A stretch of 64,000 bases of DNA from Tubiluchus corallicola (taxonomy: Eukaryota; Animalia; Priapulida). A model generated the notes under the pieces. That model had not been told where the DNA came from and searched no databases. It saw only the letters and a list, made by a program, of their open reading frames with translations. The number at the start of each line of letters is the position of its first letter. Positions within the stretch are counted from its first letter, which is position 1. Positions 62,630-64,000 of this stretch are shown here, one piece after another. Both the position numbers and the translations under genes were made by a program. The DNA lies in NCBI GenBank assembly GCA_030141605.1, contig JAQGDQ010000058.1:343852-407851 (forward strand). Direction: 5' to 3'.

Positions 62630-64000
62630 CCGATAGTTGAGGAAATACAGATCGGCAGAGAAGGGGTAGCCAAGTAATTGTCTCCGATCAATCCTTCCAA
62701 GGCTTGGATCCTGATGAGGATCCTTTGATATGGGAATTCTTCCTTGTGACTGGAAGTAAACATTGGTAACAGCTGTTTACAGGAAGGGTTGAAAGTCGTC
62801 GCCAGGAAGTTATAGATCTGTCTCTCTAACATGCATTTTGTGCAAGGTAATGAAGCATATTATCTTAACTCACCTTATGAAACATGTTTCACATCATAAT
62901 ATATTATCACTATCAGCTCTTCAGCATGGTTTTAGCAGTGATCATGTGAAACGTAACTAATTAATGCAATTCAAGACTAGGCATCTGTCCTAAACAATCA
63001 TAGCCAAACAGATGTGGTACTGCTGGACTTCAGCAAAGCTTTTGACACTGTGCTGCATTATAGACTCCTTCATAAGCCCCATTATTATGGCATTCTTGAA
63101 AGGACTGCAGCATGGATATCTGGTTTCCTTCTTGGTCGAACTCAGACAGTATCTGCCAATGGAAGAAAGTCTTATTCGTCTCCAGTAATATCAGTAGTGC
63201 CACAAGACTCTGTCCTGGGGCCAGTTTTATTCCTTTTGTTTATCAATGACATTAGCGCAAACATATCATCCCAACTTGGTTTTTTTGCCCATGATAGTAT
63301 TATATACAGGGAGATAACATCTCGGGAAGACCATATTCAAGTGTAAGTTGATTTCTAGAAACTTTTTCAGTGGTCTCAGAACTGACTCATGCAATTCACC
63401 CCTACTAAGTGCTACATTCTAAATATTACCAATAAACAGAAACCAAGCTCCTTCCAATATACAATTGCAGATGCACTACTAACACAGGCCAGTTCACATG
63501 GATACCTTGGAGTTACAATAGATCAAAATCTCAACTGGAATGACTACTGTGATAAGATAAAATCTAAAAATAATGGCACCTTGGGCCTATTGCAAAGAAC
63601 ACTCGCTGTTTGTTCTGAGGAAGTAAAGCAGATTGCTCATCACACCTTAGACCTAGGCTGGAATATGTTTGCTGTGGGTGGAACTCCTATACCCAATGTT
63701 ATATCACCAACTTGGAGAAGGTTCAACGCCAAGCAGCTTGTTTTTGTTAAAAATCAATATCGTCGAGAGGTGGCCATGTTACATCACTGCTTCAGCAACT
63801 AAGATGGGACACTTTGGAGAACAGATAGTTGCTCTTCCAAATCACAATGTTTGATAAAATTCAGCATGGATTGGTGACTATATTATTTCCTGCATGCATT
63901 TTACCATCCTTCTCATGCACCCGTTCATACCACTAGCACGATATGCAACGGGCTTCCAGCCATAGCAGTAAAGGTTAGTTCTGTCGAAACGTTCTGGCAA
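62630..64000 (+). mobile_element. Decayed CR1-group non-LTR retrotransposon reverse transcriptase, running to the window end
   Basis: GILPCDWK*...VTAVYRKG*KSSPGSYRSVSLTCILCKVMKHII; VLLDFSKAFDTV; VVPQDSVLGPVLFLLFINDI; catalytic FADD mutated to FAHD; MQFTPTKC; YLGVTIDQNLNW. Multiple stops and frameshifts. Confidence 0.9.

Noticed and set aside
63014-63802. Active reverse transcriptase gene
   Set aside because: Stops, frameshifts and the catalytic FADD->FAHD change mark a dead LINE copy.

Overview
AT-rich, intron-rich genomic DNA from an invertebrate animal; the species cannot be determined from the sequence. Most of the window is a complete + strand gene for the DNA polymerase epsilon catalytic subunit (POLE/POL2). 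I traced 56 phase-consistent coding exons from ATG 304 to TAA 49322 (6771 nt, about 2256 aa), with intact exonuclease, polymerase, CysX, PIP, CysA and CysB motifs. Converging on it is a 3-exon - strand XK-related (XKR, scramblase family) gene at 60236->55626, about 457 aa, with a C-terminal DETD motif. Introns and intergenic DNA hold TA-flanked Tc1/mariner/pogo-type MITEs, a Tigger deletion derivative, decayed LINEs (L2/Crack-like, Rex1-like, CR1-like), tRNA- and 5S-derived SINE remnants, and two recent tandem duplications. Most short ORFs in the supplied track are exon read-throughs or noise. I found no clearly new biological system. The best leads are a U12-type donor with no U12 branch point, a GC-AG intron, abutting convergent 3' ends, a triple-nested transposon, the XKR caspase motif, and an unexplained coding-like fragment upstream of XKR.
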